Shown: positions 1 to 8,702, numbered from the stretch's first letter. The stretch: 42,390 bases of DNA from an uncultured Gammaproteobacteria bacterium (GCA_964539005.1 CAZIGB010000001.1:1-42390), one strand, 5' to 3'. Translations and numbers: made by a program. Notes: generated by a model from the sequence alone, not told the origin.

Positions 1-2
1 AT

Positions 3-152
3 GTGATCGATGTGTATATCAGTTATTTGCGAAAAAAAATTGATAGCGGTTTTCACAACCGTCTCATTCATACAGTAAGGGACGTTGGTTATAAGATCCA
101 GGACAAATCTATTTCAAGTATTGGGGCAAAAAAGAATGATGTTGTTAGATAA
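3..152 (+). CDS. OmpR-family response regulator, C-terminal winged-helix fragment (5' end outside window)
   Basis: Frame 3 from the window edge reads VIDVYISYLRKKIDSGFHNRLIHTVRDVGYKIQDK..., the recognition-helix/wing signature of OmpR/PhoB-type DNA-binding domains. TAA at 150-152. It overlaps the ATG of the downstream kinase by 17 nt. Confidence 0.75.
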   Translation: MIDVYISYLRKKIDSGFHNRLIHTVRDVGYKIQDKSISSIGAKKNDVVR

Positions 153-2628
153 TTTTAAGCAGATCGGGATAAATGCTATCCGAGCTCAGGGTCTTAGGCG
201 ATCTTTTGTTTTTCTTTTGTCGGAAATTGAAAATATTAAAGGCAATCTCCGATTAGGTGATATTTTTGATCTTATCGGACAAGAGATGAAAAAAAATGAT
301 ATTTCAACTTTGATAACTGTGATAAATGAAAAGAACCAAGAGTTGGTAATGAGACATATTAGCGTGATCGATGATGACGAAAAATTAATGGAATTATTAA
401 AAATAGATACTAATCAATTAAGGAAAATTTATCATTTCGAGGATTTGTTAAAGAATAGAAAATCTATTTATTCCTTTGATAGAAAAAGTGAAATCGCGAG
501 TGTTTTGGGTGGCGGACTTGATGAAAGGGCACGAAATGAAAAAAGCGCATCGATTATTACCCCCCTGATTTTAAAAGGAGAGATAATTGGAACTCTTGAG
601 TTGCTTTCTAAAAGGCTAGACAGAAAAGATGTGCCGCTGATTGAGGATTTTGTTTCTAGGCTGGTTGCAAATATCACTAGCAATCTCCTCTTTAGCGAAA
701 TTAGACAATCAGAAAAGCGCTATCGACATCTTTTTCAGAACAGTAGTGAGGGAATTGTTTTTTTTAGCATAAAAAATAAAGTTTACCGGGAGGCGAATAA
801 AGCCATGGAAAAAATTTCTGGCTACAGCCGAGAAGAATTGAGCCGTAATCATTATTTGCGGATTTTTTTTGTTGAAGAGCGGCCAGCTTTGGAAAAAATG
901 ATCAAATCGGTCTGTGAGAATGGCGGCCAGGCTGATTTGCCCTATATGCTTTGTACTAAACTTAGAACCAAGAATGGAGAGACAAAAATATGCGAGCTTG
1001 AGATCGGTCTACAGGCTGGAGGTGAAGAGCTTTATTTTAGTTTTGATGACGTGACTGAGGAGAAAAATATGGAGATCGCTCTCAAGGAGAGCGAAGAGAG
1101 GTATCGGATGTTGGTGGACAATGCGGCAGAAGGAGTTCTTTCTTATGATGTAAATGGAAAAATCAATTTTGCCAATCGGGCCTTATTGTTAATGCTTGAA
1201 GGAACAAAAAAGCAGATAGTCGGACAAAAGGTGGATCAGTTTATTTATAGTGAAGACAGGGATTTTGTCATGGATCGTTTCCGGGAAAGAGTGTCTGGTT
1301 TTAAGGTGATAAGTGATTATGATTTTCGAGTCAGAACTATACGGGGCAATATCCGTTTTGTAAATTACAATGGAGTGCTCGTGATGAAGGAGGGAAAAGT
1401 GGTCGGAGTGCAAGCAACAATCAGAGATATCAGTGAGAAAAAGAGAGATGAAGAGGAAAAAAGAAGGTTGGTAGAGTTTAATCAGAAGATATTGGATTCA
1501 TCTCCGGTAAGTATTGTTGTTTTGGATAAACAGGGAAAGATGGTGTCTAGCAATGTGATGGCAAAACAACTTTTGAAGAATGAATTCGATAATCTAGCTG
1601 AGGCAAAACTGACTGAAACCGCAGCCATAAAGAATAATCAAGAACTGTGCGCAAAGTATGGAAACCTTTTGGCAAGCGGGGAGTCCTTTACTTATGATAA
1701 GCTGAGCTTTATTTCTAAAAAGAGCGGACGGAAAAAATTTTTCAATATAATCGCGGTGCCCTTGTTTGATGAGCATGGCCACGTAGACGGAGCGATCTCG
1801 ATGGCTATAGATGACACGGAAAAGGTATTAGCCAAGCAAAGATTGGAAAAAATGAATGATGAATTGGAGGGGATGGTGAGAATTCGGACGGATGAATTGG
1901 ATCAAGCAAACAAAGAATTAAGCAAGGTTTTAGAATTGAAATCAAAGTTTATTTCTGACGCCTCGCATGAACTGCGAACACCTTTGACAATAATCCAGGG
2001 CAATCTCGATCTTTATTTCCAAGAAAGATTTAAACAAAAAGAGGAAAGACCAGAGGCCTTATCGGTTATCGCAAAAGAAGTGGAGCAGATGACGGATATC
2101 TTGTCTGATTTGACCATGCTTACTAATACTGATGCCAGCAGTGAGACGATAAATTATGATGTTGTTGATCTCAATCTGCTCGTCACGGCGGTTGTTCAGT
2201 CTCTGAGAATTTTGGCAACGCAAAAGCGCATACATATCAAAGAGGTTCTCGAAGAAGAAAATCTGGAGATAGTCGGAGATGAGAATAAGCTTGAAAAACT
2301 ATTGAAAAATATCGTCCGAAACGCTATTAAGTATACGGAAAATGATGGTTATATCGAAGTGCGATGTCGGCGTAGCGGGGGAATGGCGAGACTAATCGTT
2401 CGCGACACCGGGATCGGTATTCCGGAAAATGATCTGCCTTATATATTTGAACGTTTTTATCGAGTGGATAAAGCCCGATCGCGCAAAGAAGGCGGAACGG
2501 GCCTTGGTTTATCGATCTGTAAATGGATTGTGGAAGCGCACGGCGGGCATATCGGGGTAGAAAGCAAGCTCGGGACCGGGTCGGTTTTTACTGTCGATCT
2601 ACCGATAATCAAGAAGGAAAAAAAATAG
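136..2628 (+). CDS. Cytoplasmic multi-sensor histidine kinase (GAF-like N-terminus, three PAS-like modules, HisKA, HATPase_c)
   Basis: ORF 85..2628. H-box SHELRTPLT, N-box NAIKYT, G1 DTGIGI, G2 GGTGLGL. Three PAS-like starts (RYRHLFQNSSEGIVFF, RYRMLVDNAAEGVLSYD, FNQKILDSSPVSIVVLD). No hydrophobic TM segment. Start placed at ATG 136 because 85-152 still encodes the regulator; the start is uncertain. Confidence 0.9.
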   Translation: MMLLDNFKQIGINAIRAQGLRRSFVFLLSEIENIKGNLRLGDIFDLIGQEMKKNDISTLITVINEKNQELVMRHISVIDDDEKLMELLKIDTNQLRKIYHFEDLLKNRKSIYSFDRKSEIASVLGGGLDERARNEKSASIITPLILKGEIIGTLELLSKRLDRKDVPLIEDFVSRLVANITSNLLFSEIRQSEKRYRHLFQNSSEGIVFFSIKNKVYREANKAMEKISGYSREELSRNHYLRIFFVEERPALEKMIKSVCENGGQADLPYMLCTKLRTKNGETKICELEIGLQAGGEELYFSFDDVTEEKNMEIALKESEERYRMLVDNAAEGVLSYDVNGKINFANRALLLMLEGTKKQIVGQKVDQFIYSEDRDFVMDRFRERVSGFKVISDYDFRVRTIRGNIRFVNYNGVLVMKEGKVVGVQATIRDISEKKRDEEEKRRLVEFNQKILDSSPVSIVVLDKQGKMVSSNVMAKQLLKNEFDNLAEAKLTETAAIKNNQELCAKYGNLLASGESFTYDKLSFISKKSGRKKFFNIIAVPLFDEHGHVDGAISMAIDDTEKVLAKQRLEKMNDELEGMVRIRTDELDQANKELSKVLELKSKFISDASHELRTPLTIIQGNLDLYFQERFKQKEERPEALSVIAKEVEQMTDILSDLTMLTNTDASSETINYDVVDLNLLVTAVVQSLRILATQKRIHIKEVLEEENLEIVGDENKLEKLLKNIVRNAIKYTENDGYIEVRCRRSGGMARLIVRDTGIGIPENDLPYIFERFYRVDKARSRKEGGTGLGLSICKWIVEAHGGHIGVESKLGTGSVFTVDLPIIKKEKK

Positions 2629-2655
2629 ACCCGCTGATCAGCGGGTCTATTTTTC
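2628..2655. terminator. Bidirectional intrinsic terminator between convergent kinase and dfx genes
   Basis: gacccgctg/cagcgggtc inverted repeat (2628-2647), preceded by an A-run and followed by tatttttcg. Confidence 0.7.
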
Positions 2656-2659
2656 GTAC

Positions 2660-3034
2660 TTAGGCTTTCCAGAGGCCGTGCAGATTGCAGTATTCTCTGG
2701 CGCTTATTTTTTCTGCTTCTACAGGGAAGAAGGCGAGCGGTTTATCTCCGGGACGGAGATATTGGCGATAAACCTGATTGTCTGCGATTATTTCGATCCA
2801 CTCGATAAAATGAGCTTCTTCCATCGGGTGTTCGATAGAGCCGACGCTTACTTCGACCCCCTTATCTTTTTTGGTAATCACGGGCACGTGTTTTTCGGTC
2901 GAAGCATCGACTGTGTTTTCGTTTTGGAGATCCATCGGAGCGCCACAGCAGACTAGCTGGCCGGCTCCGGTGTGGAGAACAGAAATAATGTTGCCACAAA
3001 GCTGGCATTTGTAGACTTCATTCAGTTTGGTCAT
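2660..3034 (-). CDS. dfx: Desulfoferrodoxin (2Fe superoxide reductase)
   Basis: 124 aa. N-terminal desulforedoxin-like CQLCGN...VCCG. C-terminal ligand motifs [22 protein letters not shown]. Confidence 0.9.
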   Translation of the reverse strand: MTKLNEVYKCQLCGNIISVLHTGAGQLVCCGAPMDLQNENTVDASTEKHVPVITKKDKGVEVSVGSIEHPMEEAHFIEWIEIIADNQVYRQYLRPGDKPLAFFPVEAEKISAREYCNLHGLWKA

Positions 3035-3045
3035 TTATTTTTTGA

Positions 3046-3630
3046 TTAGTAGGTCTCATTCTTGACCTGATAATAAGCTTGAGGGTGTCCGCAGGCTGGA
3101 CAAAGCTCGGGAGCGCTGTTTCCGCTGTGTTCGTAACCGCATTTGCGGCAGATCCAGGATGTTTCGGACTCTTTTTTGAATAGGGTGCCAGCCTCTAGAT
3201 TTTTGACTAGCTGAGCATAACGTTCTTCGTGGTGTTTTTCGGCCTTGGCGATTGCTAACAGGCGGGCAGCAATAGCGTCTAGTCCCTCATTTTTGGCGGT
3301 GTCGGCAAACTCTGGATACATGCTGGTCTGCTCATGATTTTCACCGGCTATTGCGGCATGGAGATTTTCGGCGGTTGTTCCGACTGTGGTCGGGCAGCCA
3401 GCTTCGAGCTTGATCTCGGATAGATCCTCGTCGGATTCTTTTTTTAATTCGTTAATCAGGCGCATGAGCCATTTGGCGTGCTCATGCTCCTGGTCGGCGG
3501 TCTCAGTAAAGATGGCCGATATCTGCTCGTAGCCTTCGTTCTTGGCAATTTTGGCGTATATTGTGTAGCGGTTCCTGGCTTGAGATTCGCCGATAAAAGC
3601 GGCGGCCAGATTCTTGATGGTTTGTTTCAT
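3046..3630 (-). CDS. rbr: Rubrerythrin
   Basis: 194 aa. Ferritin-like diiron helices (QEHEHAKW, EKHHEERY) plus C-terminal rubredoxin CRKCG...CPACG. Lies 11 nt upstream of dfx on the same strand. Confidence 0.9.
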   Translation of the reverse strand: MKQTIKNLAAAFIGESQARNRYTIYAKIAKNEGYEQISAIFTETADQEHEHAKWLMRLINELKKESDEDLSEIKLEAGCPTTVGTTAENLHAAIAGENHEQTSMYPEFADTAKNEGLDAIAARLLAIAKAEKHHEERYAQLVKNLEAGTLFKKESETSWICRKCGYEHSGNSAPELCPACGHPQAYYQVKNETY

Positions 3631-3672
3631 AGTTTTTAGATTAGTAATTTATGTAAAAAGTCTTTCGGTATA

Positions 3673-4533
3673 TTATTTTTGGCAATAAGAGCAGAATACA
3701 GTCCCCCGGCCAGCAACCTTTTTCTTAATTAGGATTTTTTTGCATACTAGGCAATCTTGCTTAGCTCGACCGTAGACTTTGAGTTTTTTGGTGAAGCTGC
3801 CTTTTTGGCCTTTACCATCAACATAATTATTGAAGGTTGTCCCTCTGTTCTCGATCGCGCTCTTTATGATTCGCTTTGTTTCTTTAAATATTTTTTCTAT
3901 TTCTTCGGGGTGAAGTTTGTCAGCTGGCCGATCTGGCAAAACACCACTGGCAAAAAGGATTTCGTCGGCATAGATATTGCCGATGCCGGCAATTCTTTTT
4001 TGGTCGAGCAGCAAGGCTTTGATTGGTAAACGGCTTTTACTTATGATTGCTTTTAAAGAGGTGATTTGGAAATTTTCTTGCAATGGCTCAATGCCGAATT
4101 TCGATTTTTCATGTTCAAGTTCTTCTTTACTTACGAGGCGCATGAGGCCGAAGGTTCTCAGATCGTTGAAATAAAGGGCGCTTTTATCGCTAAAGTTAAT
4201 GATGACGCGTGAGTATTTTTTATTTGCCTGGTCTAGGCTTAGCTTGTCGCTGTGTCCGCCGGCAAAGGTATCGTCTCTTGAAATGTAGACTAGTTGTCCG
4301 GTCATTTTGAGATGTACGAGCAGGAAGAGATCGGATTTTTCTAATTTGAAGATGAGCAGTTTGCCTGTGCGATCAATTTCTTTGAAGCTGTTGTTCGGTA
4401 AGGTTTTTTGGAATTCGGCGAGATCGGATTTTATGATCCGTTCGAGTTTTATGTCTATGGATCGGATCTTTTTGCCCAAGAGGGCGCTTCGCAGATCTTG
4501 GCGGATAGTTTCGACTTCTGGCAGTTCGGGCAT
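3673..4533 (-). CDS. mutM: Formamidopyrimidine-DNA glycosylase (Fpg/MutM)
   Basis: 286 aa. N-terminal MPELPEVE (catalytic Pro2/Glu3). C-terminal zinc finger CLVCKK...CSYCQ. Confidence 0.93.
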   Translation of the reverse strand: MPELPEVETIRQDLRSALLGKKIRSIDIKLERIIKSDLAEFQKTLPNNSFKEIDRTGKLLIFKLEKSDLFLLVHLKMTGQLVYISRDDTFAGGHSDKLSLDQANKKYSRVIINFSDKSALYFNDLRTFGLMRLVSKEELEHEKSKFGIEPLQENFQITSLKAIISKSRLPIKALLLDQKRIAGIGNIYADEILFASGVLPDRPADKLHPEEIEKIFKETKRIIKSAIENRGTTFNNYVDGKGQKGSFTKKLKVYGRAKQDCLVCKKILIKKKVAGRGTVFCSYCQK

Positions 4534-4744
4534 ATGATTCTTTTGGCTATTCTATAATGATTGGGTTGACTTGTAAAGATGTCTATTTTGAAAGAAGTGG
4601 TTAATATTTTTCAGCGTTTCGAGTTTTGCTATCAGTCATCTCCTCGTTGCGGAACAATCTAGCGCTCAAACAGTCCTCACTTCGTCGACGACTGATAATA
4701 AAGCTCTTTATTGAGAGTAGAGCTATTTAATGACTGGTGTTTGA

Positions 4745-5440
4745 TTAGTCAAATTTTTTTAGCTCAACCAGTCCGTCTGTAATAGTGATGTAGCCAGATG
4801 GTTTTTCGTTCCAGGAACCGGCATTGAGGTAGCGGATGCCGTATTTTTCTTTGCTGAGGATCTTGTGCGTATGACCGCAGAAGACATAATCAACGCCAAG
4901 GACGCGAGCGGTCTGGAGCGCCTTATCTGCTACTTCTTTGGAGCTTCTTTTCCATTTTTTACTTTTGTCTTTTATGTAGGAGGTTATGATTTGATAACGA
5001 TCTATTCTTTTGATCGTGTTATAAAGAAAAAAAACGATTTGACTGAGAAAGTAGTTATTGATCAAGAATTTATCGAATTGGTGGCCGTGGATAGCAAGGA
5101 AACGGACATCCCGATGCTTCCAGATATAGTGGTTGCAGACATTGATGCCGAGGAGATTCGAAAGAATGGAGGGTTTGGCATCGTGGTTGCCATGCACCCA
5201 GATAAGCTCGCAAGTAGCTGAGAGTTTGCGGAGCTTGGAGAGGACTTCCCAGTGAGCAGTGTTTAAGCGGTGAAAGCGCAGGCCATTCAAGATGTCGCCA
5301 TTCAGGATCAATCTCTGGAAATCATAAAGCCTAAGCACGTCCAGAAGTTCGGAGCAACGCGCCGAGTAACCACCGAGGTGGATGTCAGAAACGATCAATG
5401 TGTCTATCTTGCTTTTTTTTGGTTTGTTTGCTTCTTTCAT
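4745..5440 (-). CDS. Calcineurin-like metallophosphoesterase (LpxH-like architecture)
   Basis: 231 aa with motifs SDIHLG, NGDI, GNHD, HGH, GHTH. Its start overlaps the stop of the upstream FGE-fold gene (ATGA). Confidence 0.8.
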   Translation of the reverse strand: MKEANKPKKSKIDTLIVSDIHLGGYSARCSELLDVLRLYDFQRLILNGDILNGLRFHRLNTAHWEVLSKLRKLSATCELIWVHGNHDAKPSILSNLLGINVCNHYIWKHRDVRFLAIHGHQFDKFLINNYFLSQIVFFLYNTIKRIDRYQIITSYIKDKSKKWKRSSKEVADKALQTARVLGVDYVFCGHTHKILSKEKYGIRYLNAGSWNEKPSGYITITDGLVELKKFD

Positions 5441-6297
5441 TTAGCTGTTTCTTTTGCACAGCGGAAACCGGTCGAGCGGCCGCTAAAAGTCGGAGGGGCG
5501 ACGATATAATGGGAATATTGTCCGGCCTCAGCCGCGTTTTCCCAATAACCTCCTCGCGCTATTGCTCTGATGCCAGAATTTTTGATCCAGAAATAATCTT
5601 CGTGATATTCAAGAGGGGCAGTCGGACTGGTTTCGGCGGGCAGGTAGTTTTCTTTTTCGATACCGTAAACAAAGCCGGAAGCTGGTAATTCCTTTCCTTC
5701 GTAGATGCCATCGTTGACTGTGCCGTCGATCCATTCCCAGACATTGCCGATCATATCGTAGGCGCCGGCAAAGGAATAACAATTTGCGCCTGAACCTGTA
5801 AGACCGGGTTGTTCGGTCCAATTACTGGAAACCTGGCAATCATCTGGCCCCCAAGCGCTTTCTTTGTCTGGGGTGCCGAGTGCAGCTTCAGCCCATTCCC
5901 GATTCGTGGCCAGGTGTTTGCCGGCTTTGCGACAGGCGTAAATAGCTTGATCTTGGGAGATGGAAGTCCAAGGAAGGATGTCTGATTCGGAATTTACTTG
6001 ACAGTCGGGGGTGTCAATATTGGCCTGGCTTTCATTCAGGTTTTTAGGAGTCGGATGAGGGCAGTTTTTGCTAGCGGAGGCCTCGAAACGATCGATGCAA
6101 AAAGATCCCCAGGCGGCATCGACTAAGTCCATGTCACTCGGGCAGGGTCCAATGCTTTTTTGTCCAAGAGCTCTGGCAATGATGGATTCAGAAAAATTAT
6201 CACGGTGGTCAACGGCATCGATACCGAGAGTGGAGAGGAAAATAGCGGGGATTGCGATAAGCGCTCCTTTTAGGATGTAGGAATTGATTTTTTTCAT
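5437..6297 (-). CDS. Membrane-anchored/secreted FGE-sulfatase (SUMF1, C-type-lectin-like fold) domain protein
   Basis: 286 aa. N-terminal hydrophobic anchor (ILKGALIAIPAIFLSTL). Cys-rich middle. Family motifs GNVWEWI, RGGYW, GFRC. Confidence 0.8.
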   Translation of the reverse strand: MKKINSYILKGALIAIPAIFLSTLGIDAVDHRDNFSESIIARALGQKSIGPCPSDMDLVDAAWGSFCIDRFEASASKNCPHPTPKNLNESQANIDTPDCQVNSESDILPWTSISQDQAIYACRKAGKHLATNREWAEAALGTPDKESAWGPDDCQVSSNWTEQPGLTGSGANCYSFAGAYDMIGNVWEWIDGTVNDGIYEGKELPASGFVYGIEKENYLPAETSPTAPLEYHEDYFWIKNSGIRAIARGGYWENAAEAGQYSHYIVAPPTFSGRSTGFRCAKETAK

Positions 6298-6437
6298 CGG
6301 GTCTTATTGTTCTAATGGTATCACAAGTTGGGGATTATATTAAGGGGGGTATCAATATAACAGAATGATAACCCGTTTGCGTTCAGCTTATCATCGGGAG
6401 AGCTATGATGTATAAATTCTTTGTTGTTATCAATCCA

Positions 6438-6465
6438 AAGTAAAAGGGGCAAGCTAAGCTTGCCC
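6438..6465 (-). terminator. Intrinsic terminator after the small orphan gene
   Basis: gggcaagct-a-agcttgccc palindrome at 6447-6465. On the minus strand it is followed by CTTTTACTTT. It starts 11 nt past the stop at 6476. Confidence 0.55.
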
Positions 6466-6475
6466 GGGTTGAGGG

Positions 6476-6757
6476 TTAGTCAAATTCCAACTGGAGAGCC
6501 TCCGCTAAAAAGAACCGGAAGTTGTTGTACCCTGGGTAGTCGAGAACGATGTAGCTCGCCTCTCCGCGTAGATATTCCCAGGTATGGGGAATGTTGCGCC
6601 GAGTAAGAGCCTCGCTCACATGCCTTATCCTGCGTGCGCAAGTCGGGCAGTGATCGTGTGAAAGAGCGATTTCGAGCATGATCTTGCCCCCATCTCGGTC
6701 CAGGATCATTTCTCTACTGTGCTTCCAGCCCCTGATGTAAAGCCTCTGCTTCTCCAT
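6476..6757 (-). CDS. Hypothetical small protein (93 aa, H-x-H-C-x-x-C motif)
   Basis: Within ORF 6476..6805. ATG 6757 is preceded by AGGAGG (cacaggaggtcaggATG), while the TTG at 6805 has no RBS and lies upstream of a TATAGT -10 box (6806-6811, minus strand). Has its own terminator. No family recognised. Confidence 0.5.
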   Translation of the reverse strand: MEKQRLYIRGWKHSREMILDRDGGKIMLEIALSHDHCPTCARRIRHVSEALTRRNIPHTWEYLRGEASYIVLDYPGYNNFRFFLAEALQLEFD

Positions 6758-6904
6758 CCTGACCTCCTGTGTTGGTTGTTGGTTGCGATCTTGCTCCTTG
6801 TCCAAACTATAGTAAATCGTAAATATGAATTCCTAAATTGTGGCAGATAAAATAATTTAATCTTTCTTTATGACTATTAAATAAGTTTAAGCTTGAAATA
6901 ATTT

Positions 6905-6924
6905 TTGTCCAAAAATGTGGACAA
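6905..6924. promoter_or_regulatory. Palindromic operator-like site TTGTCCA-N6-TGGACAA
   Basis: Perfect 7-bp inverted repeat in the AT-rich spacer between the TrmB-like gene's terminator and the small orphan gene. Confidence 0.3.
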
Positions 6925-6951
6925 TATGAATAACACAATTCAATGTATTAA

Positions 6952-6985
6952 TAAAAAAACACATCTGAGTTCAGACGTGTTTTTT
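6952..6985 (-). terminator. Intrinsic terminator after the TrmB-like gene
   Basis: acacatctga-gt-tcagacgtgt hairpin (one G-U on the minus strand), flanked by an A-run and a T-run. Lies about 20 nt past the stop at 7007. Confidence 0.7.
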
Positions 6986-7006
6986 ATCCACTTCTTAAAA
7001 TCGCTT

Positions 7007-7741
7007 TTAAGAAGTGCTTGTACCAAAAGACCATAAAGCATCAAAGATGTTCTTTAGACTCAAACTAAAAGTCTTGCTGGTTATTATGAAACCGAGTCCT
7101 TCCTCCTCTGGGGTGATAATAGCTACCCTGTCATCGTAAATAAAAATCATACCGGGGACGTTTACTCCGACGGGTAATAACTTAACCTCCCTGAATTCCT
7201 TCTGCTGTTTCTCTATCCAGCCTTTTTTGAATTCGTCATCACGTGGACGTAAGCAACGGGAAAATATTTTCTTCTCCATGCGCCTGGATGTGAATGTAAT
7301 CTTGCCGTTGGCTGCCTTTCGAAGATCCCTGTGAGAGCCTATTGAACGAACAATCTTTTCATGGCATGCTAGCTCTTCTTGGGCTATTTGTTGTACGCCA
7401 TTGACTCCTTCGAACAGTCTCAATTTAACTATCCTTTCTGTAGCTGAAAGTTGTTTCAATTCTGGTAGATATTTTTCCAGCAATGCCAGACGCCCCTCAA
7501 TTACGCCTTTGAGCTTGTCAGCATTCTCAGCAGCATAACGAATCACTTTTTGGTGCTTATACCGACTTGCAAGACCCATCTCGATAAGATTATCAAGATG
7601 ATGGTAGCAGGTAGTTCTCGGCAGGCCGGTTTTTTTTGAGATGATCGAAGCTGGCGCATCTTCCAGTTTTAAAAGGGCGAGGTAAACTTTTTGGCTTTTT
7701 TCATCCAGACCTATGGAGTTTAATGCTTTTGTTAAGGACAT
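7007..7741 (-). CDS. TrmB-family (winged HTH) transcriptional regulator
   Basis: 244 aa. N-terminus LGLDEKSQKVYLALLKLEDAPASIISKKTGLPRTTCYHHLDNLIEMGL matches the TrmB wHTH pattern. The C-terminal domain is unassigned. Confidence 0.7.
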   Translation of the reverse strand: MSLTKALNSIGLDEKSQKVYLALLKLEDAPASIISKKTGLPRTTCYHHLDNLIEMGLASRYKHQKVIRYAAENADKLKGVIEGRLALLEKYLPELKQLSATERIVKLRLFEGVNGVQQIAQEELACHEKIVRSIGSHRDLRKAANGKITFTSRRMEKKIFSRCLRPRDDEFKKGWIEKQQKEFREVKLLPVGVNVPGMIFIYDDRVAIITPEEEGLGFIITSKTFSLSLKNIFDALWSFGTSTS

Positions 7742-7867
7742 ATAGTAAAATTAATTATTCTTTTCCTGTTATTGCTTATTTTTTTTGTTTATTTATTTCT
7801 ACCAATCTCACAATTCACTTGAACATTTCTGTTTTTGCCCGCGCCTCATTTCAGTCTTTATGGTAAC

Positions 7868-7899
7868 ACAAAAACACCCCATTTTACAGGGGTGTTTTT
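7868..7899 (-). terminator. Intrinsic terminator after tRNA-His
   Basis: acacccc-attttaca-ggggtgt hairpin with flanking A and T runs, about 15 nt downstream of the tRNA 3' end. Confidence 0.7.
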
Positions 7900-7913
7900 G
7901 ATTTACTTCTTTG

Positions 7914-7986
7914 GGTGACTAGAGGGAATCGAACCCTCGTCACCGGGACCACAACCCGGTGTACTAACCGTTGTACTATAGCCACC
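7914..7986 (-). tRNA. tRNA-His (GTG) with encoded G-1
   Basis: Reverse complement folds as a cloverleaf: acceptor GTGGCTA/TAGTCAC, D stem GTAC/GTAC, anticodon stem CCGGG/CCCGG with loop TTGTGGT, T arm GAGGG-TTCGATT-CCCTC. The extra 5' G pairs with C73. CCA is not encoded. Confidence 0.9.
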
Positions 7987-7991
7987 ATAAT

Positions 7992-8525
7992 TCAATCCTT
8001 GTAAAAATAGATTTTTGCTTTTTCTGATTCAAGCTTGCCTTTTGGCTCCCAGCCCGGGACTGGAAATTTGTAGCTTATGATCCGGGCACCAGGACGGCAC
8101 TCTTTTTTGAATTTTTCTTTGAGCTTGGCCATGGTGTCTATGTTCAGATAACAGTATATAACATCCGCTTCTTTTAAGTCAATCTTGAAAATATTCTTTC
8201 TTTTTATCGTGATATTTTTGTAGCCATGAAGCTTGATCTGGAGCTTTGCGATCAAATAAGGCAGGAAAGAATATTCGAAACCGATCGATCGACTCTGCGG
8301 AAAGCGACGGGCGATTTCTTGGAGAAAGCCAGCGCTACCACAGCCAAGCTCATAAAAACACTCATTTCCCTTGAGGTCAAGATGGGAAATAATCGCTTTT
8401 ATAGTCTGGCCGTGCGTATTCAGATAGGGAGCAAAGCCGCGGAAGAGAATGTTGTAAAATTGGACACTGAAAAAAACAGCAAAGACGAGCAGGAAAAAGA
8501 AAAATAGAATAAGGAGTAGTTCCAT
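7992..8525 (-). CDS. Class I SAM-dependent methyltransferase with N-terminal TM helix
   Basis: 177 aa. Hydrophobic N-terminus LLILFFFFLLVFAVFF. Motif I ELGCGSAGF. The gene sits between two tRNA genes on the same strand. Confidence 0.75.
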   Translation of the reverse strand: MELLLILFFFFLLVFAVFFSVQFYNILFRGFAPYLNTHGQTIKAIISHLDLKGNECFYELGCGSAGFLQEIARRFPQSRSIGFEYSFLPYLIAKLQIKLHGYKNITIKRKNIFKIDLKEADVIYCYLNIDTMAKLKEKFKKECRPGARIISYKFPVPGWEPKGKLESEKAKIYFYKD

Positions 8526-8556
8526 AGGCTGGTCAGAGTGCTAATAATAATGGCCG

Positions 8557-8628
8557 TGTCCTCAGCAGGGATCGAACCTACATAACCAGCTTAGAAGGCT
8601 GGTGTTCTATCCATTGAACTATGAGGAC
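8557..8628 (-). tRNA. tRNA-Arg (TCT)
   Basis: Reverse complement: acceptor GTCCTCA/TGAGGAC, D stem GTTC/GAAC, anticodon stem CCAGC/GCTGG with loop CTTCTAA, T loop TTCGATC. Confidence 0.9.
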
Positions 8629-8702
8629 CCTTGGTGGAAAAAGCGAAGTAATTGGAAATAAGCAGAAATGGCTTTTTCTTATCTTTTCTATTATGGAGAG
8701 AT

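Noticed and set aside
85-135. Kinase start at TTG 85
   Set aside because: Positions 85-152 still encode the response-regulator C-terminus in another frame. ATG 136 gives the usual short RR/HK overlap. The residual uncertainty is noted in the feature.
4534-4744. Possible ncRNA in the 211-nt gap upstream of mutM (tatcagtc...gactgata inverted repeat, tcgtcgacga palindrome)
   Set aside because: The 8-bp arms enclose about 50 nt with no obvious further structure or match to any RNA family I recognise. Part of the gap is explained by a weak terminator (agctct/agagct) for the phosphoesterase gene and by the mutM promoter. The evidence is insufficient to call a feature.
5440-6757. Diversity-generating retroelement (FGE-fold C-terminus as variable region, small ORF region as template)
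   Set aside because: The loose resemblance between YSHYIVAPP...GFRCA and ASYIVLDYP...FFLA disappears at the nucleotide level, so there is no near-identical repeat with A-specific differences. No reverse transcriptase ORF exists in the window. It is kept only as a low-probability remote-target idea in the findings.
7914-8628. tRNA-flanked methyltransferase as an integrated mobile island
   Set aside because: There is no integrase, no direct repeat of a tRNA 3' end and no compositional shift. The tight spacing fits a co-transcribed unit instead.
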